Shown here in pieces: positions 30,711 to 38,408 of a stretch of DNA of 64,000 nt. The position numbers and the translations under genes are program-made. Each line of letters starts with the position of its first letter. Position 1 is the first letter of the stretch. Below the pieces are notes generated by a model, which was not told where the DNA came from, ran no database searches, and saw only the letters and a list, made by a program, of their open reading frames with translations. Origin of the DNA: an uncultured Planctomycetota bacterium (GTDB taxonomy: Bacteria > Planctomycetota > Planctomycetia > Isosphaerales > Isosphaeraceae); the NCBI GenBank assembly GCA_963737655.1, contig CAVTTN010000002.1, forward strand, positions 256,001-320,000. The letters run 5' to 3'.

Positions 30711-30888
30711 GGGTCAAAAAGGGGACGGGAGGGTCAAAAAGGGGACGGAGCGAATAAATTCAGCTTTTTGCATTTTGCCGCGTCTCATCCAGGCCGAACT
30801 TATTCACTCCGTCCCCTTTTCGGCCCCACGTCCCCTTTTCGGCCCCACCGTCCCCTTTTCGGCCCCACTCCGTCCCCTTTTCGGCCCC
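30708..30888. repeat. AAAAGGGGACGGAG inverted-repeat element with tandemly amplified ends
   Basis: ~30-bp imperfect IR; 20-bp unit x2 on the left, CGTCCCCTTTTCGGCCCC x4 on the right. Confidence 0.75.
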
Positions 30889-30889
30889 G

Positions 30890-31599
30890 GCCAAGACGAC
30901 CCGGAGGCGCTGGCGGAATTGGCCAAGGGGCGGCTGCGGGCCAAGATCCCGGCGCTGCGGCTGGCGCTTCGCGGGAAGGTGACCGAGCACCACCGCTTCC
31001 TGCTGCGGCTCCTGCTGGACCACTACGAGGCGCCGGAGGCCCTGATCGGCCGACTGGGGAGCGGATCGACCGGGTGCTGGCGCCGTACGCCGAGGCGGTG
31101 GAGCGGCTGGAGACGATCCCCGGGGTCGGCCGCCGGGTCGCCGAGATCGTCGTCGCGGAGCTGGGCGTGGAGATGGGGCAGTTCCCGACGGCTCGCCACC
31201 TGGCGAGCCGGGCCGGGATGTGCCCCGGGAACAACGAGAGCGCCGGCAAGCGCCGCAGCGGCAAGACGACCAAGGGGAGCCGCTGGCTACGGACGGCCCT
31301 GATCCAGGCGGCGCACGCGGCGGGCCGGAGCAAGGCGACGTATCTGGGGTCGGGGTACCGTCGGCTGGCATCGCGGCGCGGGGCGAAGCGAGCGGCGGTG
31401 GCGGTGGGCCATACGCTGCTGGGGATCATCTACGAAGTCCTGGGCCGGGGGACGACCTACGAGGATCTAGGCCCCTGCTACCTGGAGCGGTTGGAGCCCG
31501 AGCGATTGACCCGGCAACTGGTCAGGCGCTTGGAACGGCTCGGCCACAAGGTTACATTGGAACCCAACGAGGCGGCCGCGTAGGGCGCATTTTCAGAAC
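30890..31599 (+). pseudogene. 5'-truncated, frameshifted IS110 transposase (second lineage) with its 3' end
   Basis: TIPGVG, FPTARHLAS.AGMCPGNNESAGKR, LERLGHKVTL; TAG 31583; end ATTTTCAGAAC|AGGC. Confidence 0.88.
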
Positions 31600-31618
31600 A
31601 GGCGGCGGAGGACGGCGT

Positions 31619-32191
31619 ATGGCGAAGGCTCGTGTATCGGACGTCTTCTCCGCGTATCGCCTCTCCGGCGAGCCTATTCCCGGCGATGTCGCGATCCTCC
31701 TGAAACAAGCGGAGGAACTGGCCGAGCGCTCGGGGATCGAGCTGAACTGGAAGAAGGTCTGGTCCCCATGGTCCGATACGAGCTATCTCACCAAGTCGGA
31801 CCGCCAGAACCCAGATACCATGGCCAACGTCCGGGCGATTGCGGATGTGTGCAAACTGGTCGCATTCGTCGCCGCGACCGACGAGGATGAGTGCATCGGC
31901 TACTGGCGAGGTCCGCGCATGCGTCCGGTCAAGAACTCCCCACTCGTCCTCTTCGACAACGAGGGGCAATTCACGCTATGCGGCTCCAGTTTCACCGAGG
32001 CCGTCTTGTATCAGGCCCCCGACGAGGAAGGATTCGCCGAGTTGAGGGATTGGTTCCGCTCACTCGGCATTGAGGTGCAAGCGGAGAGCATCGAGGATCT
32101 CGCGTGCAACACAGATGACCCTGCCCCCGACAAGCTGCACCACGAATTATACGAGCGATACCTGGGCCTGACGCCCGGCGCCTCCCCGTGA
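31619..32191 (+). CDS. Cassette protein, SUKH/SMI1-KNR4-like immunity-type (tentative)
   Basis: GGAGG RBS; IGYW...PLVLFDNEGQ; stop supplied by the IS end. Confidence 0.55.
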   Translation: MAKARVSDVFSAYRLSGEPIPGDVAILLKQAEELAERSGIELNWKKVWSPWSDTSYLTKSDRQNPDTMANVRAIADVCKLVAFVAATDEDECIGYWRGPRMRPVKNSPLVLFDNEGQFTLCGSSFTEAVLYQAPDEEGFAELRDWFRSLGIEVQAESIEDLACNTDDPAPDKLHHELYERYLGLTPGASP

Positions 32192-32343
32192 ACTCTTCGC
32201 GCCGGCGGTTCGGCATCGGTTGATACTATGTGGGCGTGATCATCGATCGGCCCGCATCCCCCCCGGCCCCCGCGACGACGGGGACGGCCCGATCCGGCTC
32301 GGCGGGGCTTGCGGCCGGGCGCCCCGCCTCCGACCCGTCGCCC

Positions 32344-33696
32344 TCACGACGGCGGCGACGGCGGCGACTTCGCCACCAGCTCGTAGCCCAGCGACCTCGC
32401 CTTGCGCCGCAGCGAACGCTCCTGCTTCCGCCTCACCTCCGCCTCGTACTCCGCCAGCGACCTCGACACGTACTCCTCGCCGTGCCTGAGCAGCCGGTAC
32501 ACCAGCCGCGACAGCTTGTGCGCCGTCGCCGTGATCGCCCCCCGGCCGCCGATCCGGCCCTTGATCCGCCGGTAGAACTGGCCCGTCGCCGTCGCCGTCC
32601 GGCCCGCCGCCTGCGCCGCCATCCGCAGCGCCTGACCCACCCGGTTCTTGCCCTTGCGGGGCGTGCGACGCCGCTCGGTCTTGTTGCTCCGGTCGGTCCG
32701 CGGGCAGAGGCCCAGCCAGCTGGCGAAGTGCTTCTCGCTCGGGAACCGCCCCACGTCGCCGCCGAGCTCGGCCAGGATCACCGTCGCCGTCGTCGCGTCG
32801 ATCCCCTCGATGGCCGTCAGGTCCACGCCCATCGCCCGGGCCAGCTTGGCCGGGGCGTCGAACCGCACGTCGTTGGCCTTGCGGCCGCGACGCCGCGGCC
32901 TCGGGGCGACCGGCTCGCCCCCGGAGCGGTCGGGCAGGCGGTCCAGCTCCTCGGCGATCCGGGCGTCGCACTCGTCGACCTGGCGGTGGAGGTAGTGGTA
33001 CAGGTCGGACGCCTGCTTCAGGGCGAACAGGTGCTCGGGCCGCCAGGTGCCCTCCAGGGCCCGGGCGATCTCCGCCTCGTCCCGGGCGCACTGCTCGTGC
33101 CGCAGCGCGGCCAGCTTCGCCGGGTGGCGCTCGCCGGCGAGGATGGCGGCGATGATCGCCGTGCCGGTGACGCCCGTGATGCTGCTGACGACCTCGGTCA
33201 GCTTCACATTCATCTGCTCCAAAGCCTTCTGCATGTGCTGGACGTGGTGCGAGGCGTACCGCACGAGCATCTGCCGCTGCCGCCAGTAGCCGCGCAGGGC
33301 CAGGACGGCCCCGGGCGGGCGGAAGGACGGGCGGAGCAGGCCGCAGGCGTGGAGGCGCTGGAGCCACTGGCAGTCGAGCCGGTCGGTCTTGGGCCGGGCG
33401 CCGCAGTGGCTGGCCTGGCTCGGCTCGATGAGGAAGACCTCGAAGCCGCGCGATTCGAGCAGCTCGAACAGGGGGATCCAGTAGACGCCGGTGGACTCCA
33501 GGACCACCGAGGTGACGCCCTCGGCCCGGAACCAATCGGCCAGGGCGTGGAGGTCGGCCGAGCAGGCGCCGAAGGTGCGGACCCGTCCGGGCCCGACGCA
33601 GGCGACGTGGTTGTCGGAGTGGACGTCGACGGCGGCGGCGTGGGGGTGGACGACCGGCAGGGACGCGTCGGGATCGGGGGGCGTGCGGCGACTCAT
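32344..33696 (-). CDS. IS110 DEDD recombinase/transposase, 450 aa
   Basis: AVDVH, LESTGVYW, KTDRLD (DEDD); IEGID, FPSEKHFASWLGLCP....S. Confidence 0.95.
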   Translation of the reverse strand: MSRRTPPDPDASLPVVHPHAAAVDVHSDNHVACVGPGRVRTFGACSADLHALADWFRAEGVTSVVLESTGVYWIPLFELLESRGFEVFLIEPSQASHCGARPKTDRLDCQWLQRLHACGLLRPSFRPPGAVLALRGYWRQRQMLVRYASHHVQHMQKALEQMNVKLTEVVSSITGVTGTAIIAAILAGERHPAKLAALRHEQCARDEAEIARALEGTWRPEHLFALKQASDLYHYLHRQVDECDARIAEELDRLPDRSGGEPVAPRPRRRGRKANDVRFDAPAKLARAMGVDLTAIEGIDATTATVILAELGGDVGRFPSEKHFASWLGLCPRTDRSNKTERRRTPRKGKNRVGQALRMAAQAAGRTATATGQFYRRIKGRIGGRGAITATAHKLSRLVYRLLRHGEEYVSRSLAEYEAEVRRKQERSLRRKARSLGYELVAKSPPSPPS

Positions 33697-33749
33697 GGCG
33701 AGGGCTCCGGCGGGTGGGGGGCCAAGCCGTCGCGGGCCGAGAGGGGGTC

Positions 33750-33960
33750 CGGGGACGAGGTAGTCTCCCCGACGGGAACGTCGCGGGGCCGTGTTGACAC
33801 GGCGCCGCGGGTCACCAATGATGGGGCCACGGCCTCTCGGGCCATGCTAACCTGCGGGCGGCGAGCACCAGGGAGATGACGGCCGGGAGGCCCGCGACGG
33901 CGTGCCCCAGCGTATCGCGCCCGGTGGTCGGGGCCACCCCCGGTTCACGTCCGTCGGGGA
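33750..33960 (-). ncRNA. Putative bridge RNA in the upstream non-coding end
   Basis: Target match CTAACCT 33847-33853; donor match CTCCCCG 33765-33771; conserved stems; boundaries approximate. Confidence 0.65.
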
Positions 33961-33985
33961 GCGGTCGGAGACGGCGCGGAGAGTT

Positions 33986-34080
33986 AACCTCGCGCTGCAG
34001 CGGACCCGGCCCGCAGCGGCGACTTCCGCGTTACCGTCGTCTGCCCGGCGGTGCGGGTCCGCTGAGCTTCGTCGTTAGGC
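33986..34080 (+). repeat. attC7 (R'' split by IS110)
   Basis: AACCTCGCGCTGCAGCGGACCCG...CGGGTCCGCTGAGCTTCGTCGTTAGGC. Confidence 0.9.
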
Positions 34081-34104
34081 GCCGGCTACGGGAAAGGCTG
34101 ATTA

Positions 34105-34299
34105 ATGTCTGGTACGATCCGAACGGCCCTCTCCGCGGTCCTCCTGCTTATGGCGGCGGCCTGCCTCTTCCTCTTTCTCGCAGCCCGGGAGGCACCTCGC
34201 GATAGCTGGCGGGCATTTGGGATTATCTACGGCGTCGTGGGTCTCTCGTGTCTGCTCGGGGCGGGATCGTTGCTCTGGTCGAAGCGTCCTCGCGGATAG
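34105..34299 (+). CDS. Cassette small two-TM protein (64 aa)
   Basis: Starts 24 nt after the core site; two hydrophobic helices. Confidence 0.65.
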   Translation: MSGTIRTALSAVLLLMAAACLFLFLAAREAPRDSWRAFGIIYGVVGLSCLLGAGSLLWSKRPRG

Positions 34300-34384
34300 C
34301 CCCGCGCACCGGCGGGCCGCGGCGAACTCTTTGAATCATCCGCCTATCCTCGGCGGGCCGGCCCGCCGAGAATGATCACCGGGC
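34294..34384 (+). repeat. Highly degenerate attC
   Basis: Overlaps the stop codon; CGGGCCGGCCCGCCGAG resembles the attC2 right arm CGGGCCGGTCCGCTGAG; cores decayed. Confidence 0.4.
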
Positions 34385-34420
34385 GGTCGCGCGGCGTTCG
34401 ATCCAGGGAGGCGTCTGGGG

Positions 34421-34843
34421 ATGAATGACGAAGACACGCGGGTCTTGTTCGAGGAGCCGCAGATCCTGGCGGTGGCTATCTTCGTCGCCCTGCTCGTGGT
34501 CGCGATCCTCATGATCCCCTGCTTCTACATTTCCCGTCGCCGGGAGACGAGGGTCCTGGCGGGCGTCGGTGCCTCCATGTTCGCGATCGCGGCGGTCGTT
34601 TATGGAGACCTGGCGTTCACTCGCTGGGCACTTTACGATGGCGGCCATGGTCGCTCCCCCGGGACGGCCCCGTTAAAGGATTGGCTTGTATTCGCGGCAA
34701 TCAATGCGGTCCTGGCGATCGTGGGCTCAATTCCTGGCGGGGTGCTGGGCTTGGCCATCGGGTTGCTGATCGAGCGAAGGCACCGAAGACGAACCGGAGC
34801 GAACAAGTCGCCGATCGAGCCGTCGGACGCCGCCTCCCCGTGA
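34421..34843 (+). CDS. Cassette three-TM membrane protein
   Basis: GGAGG RBS; ends GCC TCC CCG TGA within an IS end. Confidence 0.7.
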   Translation: MNDEDTRVLFEEPQILAVAIFVALLVVAILMIPCFYISRRRETRVLAGVGASMFAIAAVVYGDLAFTRWALYDGGHGRSPGTAPLKDWLVFAAINAVLAIVGSIPGGVLGLAIGLLIERRHRRRTGANKSPIEPSDAASP

Positions 34844-34915
34844 ACTTTGAACGGGCGCATACTGTCGAGGACTGATGGTATGTTCGAGCGATTCCGTGCG
34901 CGCATGACGTCCCCT
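34836..34915 (-). mobile_element. Solo IS110 end at a former attC R''
   Basis: GCCT|CCCCGTGAACTTTG...; homologous to 35159-35190 and 37674-37755. Confidence 0.7.
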
Positions 34916-34971
34916 GCCCCCCCGCATTCGTCGGGTGTGATCCTCACGGGGGGCGGAAAAGGGGACGGAGG

Positions 34972-35114
34972 TGCTCTGTAGAAAACCCTCTTGAGAATGA
35001 GGAAAACGAGTAGGTCCGACTTCAGTCGGGCCTACAAAATAAGACCTTCTTGTAGGCCCGACTGAAGTCGGACCTACTCGTTTCCTTCTCCATCACCGGG
35101 TTTTCTACAAAGCA
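34972..35114. repeat. 143-bp palindromic REPIN/MITE-like element flanked by 9-bp direct repeats
   Basis: TGCTCTGTAGAAAACCC...GGGTTTTCTACAAAGCA; inner GTAGGTCCGACTTCAGTCGGGC doublet; GGACGGAGG at 34963-34971 and 35115-35123. Confidence 0.75.
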
Positions 35115-35158
35115 GGACGGAGGGAATTCTGAGCTTCCCGAGCCACTGAAGGCCGCCT

Positions 35159-35190
35159 CCCCGTGAACTTTACACGGGCGTATACCATCG
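35159..35190 (-). mobile_element. Solo IS110 end, truncated
   Basis: GCCT|CCCCGTGAACTTTACACGGGCGTATAC. Confidence 0.65.
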
Positions 35191-35322
35191 GGCGAGGAAA
35201 AGGGGACGGGGCGAGGAAAAGGGGACGGGCGAGGAAAAGGGGACGGAGCGGAATGCCACGAAGTTAGTGGTAAATCCCGAACTGGAGAAGGGGACGGAGA
35301 ACTGGAGAAGGGGACGGAGGGA
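35190..35322. repeat. Tandem AAGGGGAC end repeats
   Basis: GGGCGAGGAAAAGGGGAC x3; GAACTGGAGAAGGGGACGGA x2. Confidence 0.75.
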
Positions 35323-35351
35323 ATTACGAGGTTACTGTGTCGTCAAAGATC

Positions 35352-35451
35352 GCCTAACCTCGCGCCGCATCGGACCCCGCACCGTCGCGACCTCCTTCGT
35401 GTTATCATGACTCACTCGGCGGTGCGAGTCCGCTGAGCTTGGTTGTTAGGC
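35352..35451 (+). repeat. attC site 8
   Basis: GCCTAAC...CGCACCG / CGGTGCG...GCTGAGC...GTTAGGC; slightly decayed L''. Confidence 0.88.
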
Positions 35452-35559
35452 GGCGACAAACACGACCCCCACTTGAGGCTTGAAACGGTGAGCCAATCGG
35501 GCGTCAAGTCTCCCTGAGGGGAACATCGAAACGCGACGACCACTCTTGCGAGGGCTGAT

Positions 35560-36321
35560 ATGGCGAGCACCCAACGCACGATTGTTGAGGCGGAAGTCAA
35601 GAAGCCGTCTCCGGACTGGACCGCGGCGATCGACAACCTGAATGCCCTGACCATGGTCGAGATGCTTCCCACCCTCGCCGGCCTGGCTCCATCGATCCGC
35701 AAAGAGGTGGTGAGCCAGGCCTGGAAGCTGCTCTCCGTCCAGCGCGGCTGGAAGGACTGCTACGAACGCATCGAGTTCGCGGCCGAGGTGGTCACGGAAC
35801 AGAAATTCAAGCAAGACGACACCAGGGCCCCCGCCGGCCAGATTCAGGACGCGACCAACTTCCTGGTCGCCCTCCTGAAACCGGCGAAGAGTCAGGCGGT
35901 GCAGGTCGGCTTCACCTCCGCAGATGACGCAGCGATCGCCGCCCTGCAGGAGATCATCCCGACGACGATAGCCGTCGGGCTAGAATTCGCCGGCAGCATC
36001 TTTTCACGGTCGGGCTCCTTCCGGTTCACCGCGCCGAAGCAGGGCGAGGCGACCGCGTCCGACTCGAACGTCCCCGTGCCGACGGGGACCGGGGCCGTGG
36101 GGTCGTATCACACCCACCCGGAGACAACGCGCAACTCCGAGAACTTTTCGCCACAAGACATGATGATCTGCCGTGGAAATGAGCAAATTCATCTGCCACC
36201 GCGCGTGTTCTACCTCGGCACCCCCAGCGGGAAGATCAAGAGGTTGATCCCGCCGGCCCTGCTCACCGGCCAGGACAAGGAGAATTTCGGCCTGCTTGGC
36301 AAGCTCACGATCCTTCGGTAG
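35560..36321 (+). CDS. Cassette protein with C-terminal JAB/DUF4329-like domain
   Basis: F.SADDAA.AAL...EFAG.I...YHTHP...FS..D (E-HxH-S-D JAMM pattern). Confidence 0.7.
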   Translation: MASTQRTIVEAEVKKPSPDWTAAIDNLNALTMVEMLPTLAGLAPSIRKEVVSQAWKLLSVQRGWKDCYERIEFAAEVVTEQKFKQDDTRAPAGQIQDATNFLVALLKPAKSQAVQVGFTSADDAAIAALQEIIPTTIAVGLEFAGSIFSRSGSFRFTAPKQGEATASDSNVPVPTGTGAVGSYHTHPETTRNSENFSPQDMMICRGNEQIHLPPRVFYLGTPSGKIKRLIPPALLTGQDKENFGLLGKLTILR

Positions 36322-36328
36322 GCGGGTG

Positions 36329-36455
36329 AAAAGGGGACATCCCGGAATGGCATGAAGTCTCCGGCGAGCGAAACAGGGACGAAGTCGGGCCTACTCGTCT
36401 CGATCCTTCGAACGGGTTTTCGACGGGGCACTCCTGACCTCGTTTCGCCCCTTTT
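36329..36455. repeat. Partial AAAAGGGGAC/REPIN element
   Basis: AAAAGGGGAC...CCCCTTTT ends; GAAGTCGGGCCTACTCG and GGGTTTTC right-arm pieces. Confidence 0.55.
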
Positions 36456-36512
36456 GGTATGATCCACGGTTTCTGGGCGGTGCGGGTCCGCGGAGCTTTG
36501 GCCTTCGGAGGC
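36456..36512 (+). repeat. attC right-arm remnant
   Basis: TATGAT...GGGCGGTGCGGGTCCGCGGAGCTTTGGC...AGGC, similar to the attC4 right half. Confidence 0.6.
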
Positions 36513-36524
36513 GGGAGGTTCCTC

Positions 36525-36914
36525 GTGGGAATGGAATGGGCGGACTGGCGACCGGACGCTGAGGATCTGGATTTTCGGGGCATTACCTCGCGCTATTCCG
36601 ACATTCCCGGGCTCGTTCTTGACGAGTCTCGCGTGCCGGAGGCCTTCCGCCATCTCCTCCCGCTGGCCAGGCACTGGGCCGTGGGCGATGACCGCGAGCG
36701 GGCCAACCTGATGTGGCTCACGGACACCGAAGAACTCCGACGATTCGTCGATGCCGTCTGGACTCAGTTCGAGGCGATCGATGCCTGGTGCGGATCGCGT
36801 CGCGGCCTCGTCCCGGTCCCCGACGAGGTGGTCCTCTTCGATATGATGCTGGAGGCGGCGGCGGACGCCGTGGCCATCCACGCCGATGAACCGGATGAAG
36901 CCGCCTCCTCGTGA
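36525..36914 (+). CDS. Cassette hypothetical acidic protein (129 aa)
   Basis: GGGAGG RBS before GTG; ends GCC TCC TCG TGA within an IS end. Confidence 0.7.
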   Translation: MGMEWADWRPDAEDLDFRGITSRYSDIPGLVLDESRVPEAFRHLLPLARHWAVGDDRERANLMWLTDTEELRRFVDAVWTQFEAIDAWCGSRRGLVPVPDEVVLFDMMLEAAADAVAIHADEPDEAASS

Positions 36915-37004
36915 ACGAGTCTGGCCCGGGCGGCCGAATCCTCGCGGATCGTCCCTGCGACCGTTACGGCGGGGCTTGACATGGTCGGTTGGGCCGGGGA
37001 AGGA

Positions 37005-37172
37005 AAGGGGACATTCTTGCTCTGTAGAAAACCCGGTTCGCAGAGGTTTATCGAGTCGGTCCGACTTCGGTCGGGCCTACAAAAAGGCCTTATTTTGCAG
37101 GCCCGACCGAAGTCGGACCGACTCGATTCCTGACTCACACCGGGGTTTTCTACAGAGCAAGAACGTCCCCTT
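37005..37172. repeat. 168-bp palindromic REPIN/MITE-like element
   Basis: AAGGGGACATTCTTGCTCTGTAGAAAACCC ... GGGTTTTCTACAGAGCAAGAACGTCCCCTT. Confidence 0.8.
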
Positions 37173-37338
37173 GAAGGGCTTTCAATCTTTCCGACATGAC
37201 GCTTGCATGGCCAACAAAGGAGGGATAATTTCAAAGGGCGTTGACGCGTGTACGGAGCGAGGGCATAAGCCACCATTCTGCTTTTGGTCCGTCCAAGTCT
37301 TGTTCGGCGAAAACGAACCGCAAGCCAGGGGGGACGCC

Positions 37339-37681
37339 ATGCCGGTCAGCATCTGGCTTGAGCCTGTGAACGATAGGCCCTCGCATGATTACACGGGGCC
37401 GAGGGGTAAGATCGAATTACACGACGGCCAAGAAGTCCTGATCGGTAGACACCCTCACTGCGGAGTCGTCCTCTTCAGAGATAAAGTCGCGCAACCACTG
37501 CGTCATCTCGCAGCGTGATGGTGTCGCGGTGATCGAAGATTTAAGATCGAGATATGGCATCTCTGTGAATGGCCTACGCTTCGAGAAAGCGAGCCTCGCC
37601 CCAGGCGACCTGGTCATCATCGGCGATTTTGAATATATCGTGCGAGACATCCACTCCGAACTCGTCGGAGCCTCCTCGTGA
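37339..37681 (+). pseudogene. Stand-alone FHA-domain gene, frameshift near 37490
   Basis: LIGR...C..., then R.HC...IEDL.S.YG..VNG...L.PGD..IIG in the shifted frame; ends GCC TCC TCG TGA. Confidence 0.7.
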
Positions 37682-37755
37682 ACTTTGCACGGGCTTGTAC
37701 TGTCAAGGATTGATGGCGTGTTCGAACGATTTCATGTGTGCGCGTGAGGCCCCTG
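37674..37755 (-). mobile_element. Solo IS110 end
   Basis: GCCT|CCTCGTGAACTTTG...; homologous to 34836-34915. Confidence 0.7.
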
Positions 37756-37892
37756 AACCACGCGTGGGTCGGATGAGCTTCGCACGGGTTCGGCGCCGGT
37801 CCGGGGTGGGCGCCGCTCCTCCGCCCTGGCGATCTTACCAGGGCGACGGCTTGAGGCGGAGAATGGGGTCATGAGTGCTCGGAGGGCGGGCC

Positions 37893-38219
37893 GTGTCGGT
37901 CAACTTGCACCTATCGGTTACTGTCCGGGGTTACGACCCCTCGCGTGCCGGGGCGATCGGGCGCGAGGTGCGCGACGTGATCGAGTCGGAGGACCTCGGG
38001 GAGCAGCTTCCCCCGCTGGTCGAGACGTCCGACGGGTTGGGTCGGGTCCTGACCTCCCGCACGGATCGAGACGAGCCGGTCATCCTCAGTCGCGCCTTTC
38101 TGTGGGCACCGGGTTTCCTCCAGGCCCTCCGGCTCGCGGCCGAGCGAGGCAACGGAGGGCCCTGCGAAGTCGAGTTGGACTGCACTGATGCCGACGAGGA
38201 CGACCCGGAAGCCGATTGA
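37893..38219 (+). CDS. Hypothetical protein, probable last cassette
   Basis: GGAGGG RBS before GTG; followed by GCCC|CTTCGTGAAC (38228-38241), a variant IS end. Confidence 0.5.
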   Translation: MSVNLHLSVTVRGYDPSRAGAIGREVRDVIESEDLGEQLPPLVETSDGLGRVLTSRTDRDEPVILSRAFLWAPGFLQALRLAAERGNGGPCEVELDCTDADEDDPEAD

Positions 38220-38408
38220 GGCCGGGTGCCCCTTCGTGAACGATTTCGGCCCGGACGCTCGAACCCGCGCGGATCGACCCTGCGACCCTCTCGGCGGGGC
38301 TTGGCATGGCCGGTTAGGCCGTGTTAGCATGGAACGTCCGAGAGGAGAGAGGGCCCCCCGCTGGGGTTGCGGCCCGGCCTCGTCGCGATTCGGTCCGGAG
38401 GGGGCGTC

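Larger units (their letters stand above)
32184..33985 (-). mobile_element. Intact IS110-family element inserted in attC7 at GCCT^AAC
   Basis: Removing it restores a 99-bp attC (32180-32183 + 33986-34080); 13/14 IR AACTCTTCGCGCCG (32191) / CGGCGCGGAGAGTT (33972); no long target duplication. Confidence 0.92.
27815..38241 (+). mobile_element. Integron gene-cassette array without integrase in the window (CALIN-like)
   Basis: Six intact attC, one split by IS110, several broken or degenerate; short unrelated ORFs; no tyrosine recombinase ORF nearby. Confidence 0.9.

Noticed and set aside
30531..32191. ORFs 30531-31583 and 31220-32191 as full-length genes
   Set aside because: Their N-termini run through repeats or off-frame IS sequence; the real parts are the transposase fragment and 31619-32191.
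33943..33949. GTTCACG (also 30608-30614), complementary to the terminal CGTGAAC, as a third guide
   Set aside because: Conserved in both copies, but the matching terminal bases are invariant so there is no covariation to test; it could equally be a sub-terminal repeat.
35190..35322. Short tandem repeats (also 30808-30888) as a mini-CRISPR
   Set aside because: Units are 18-20 bp and directly adjacent, with no unique spacers.
27997..35451. Recurring repeats read as a CRISPR array
   Set aside because: Units are ~100-bp imperfect palindromes with RYYYAAC/GTTRRRY ends separated by gene-sized inserts; no cas genes. They are attC sites.
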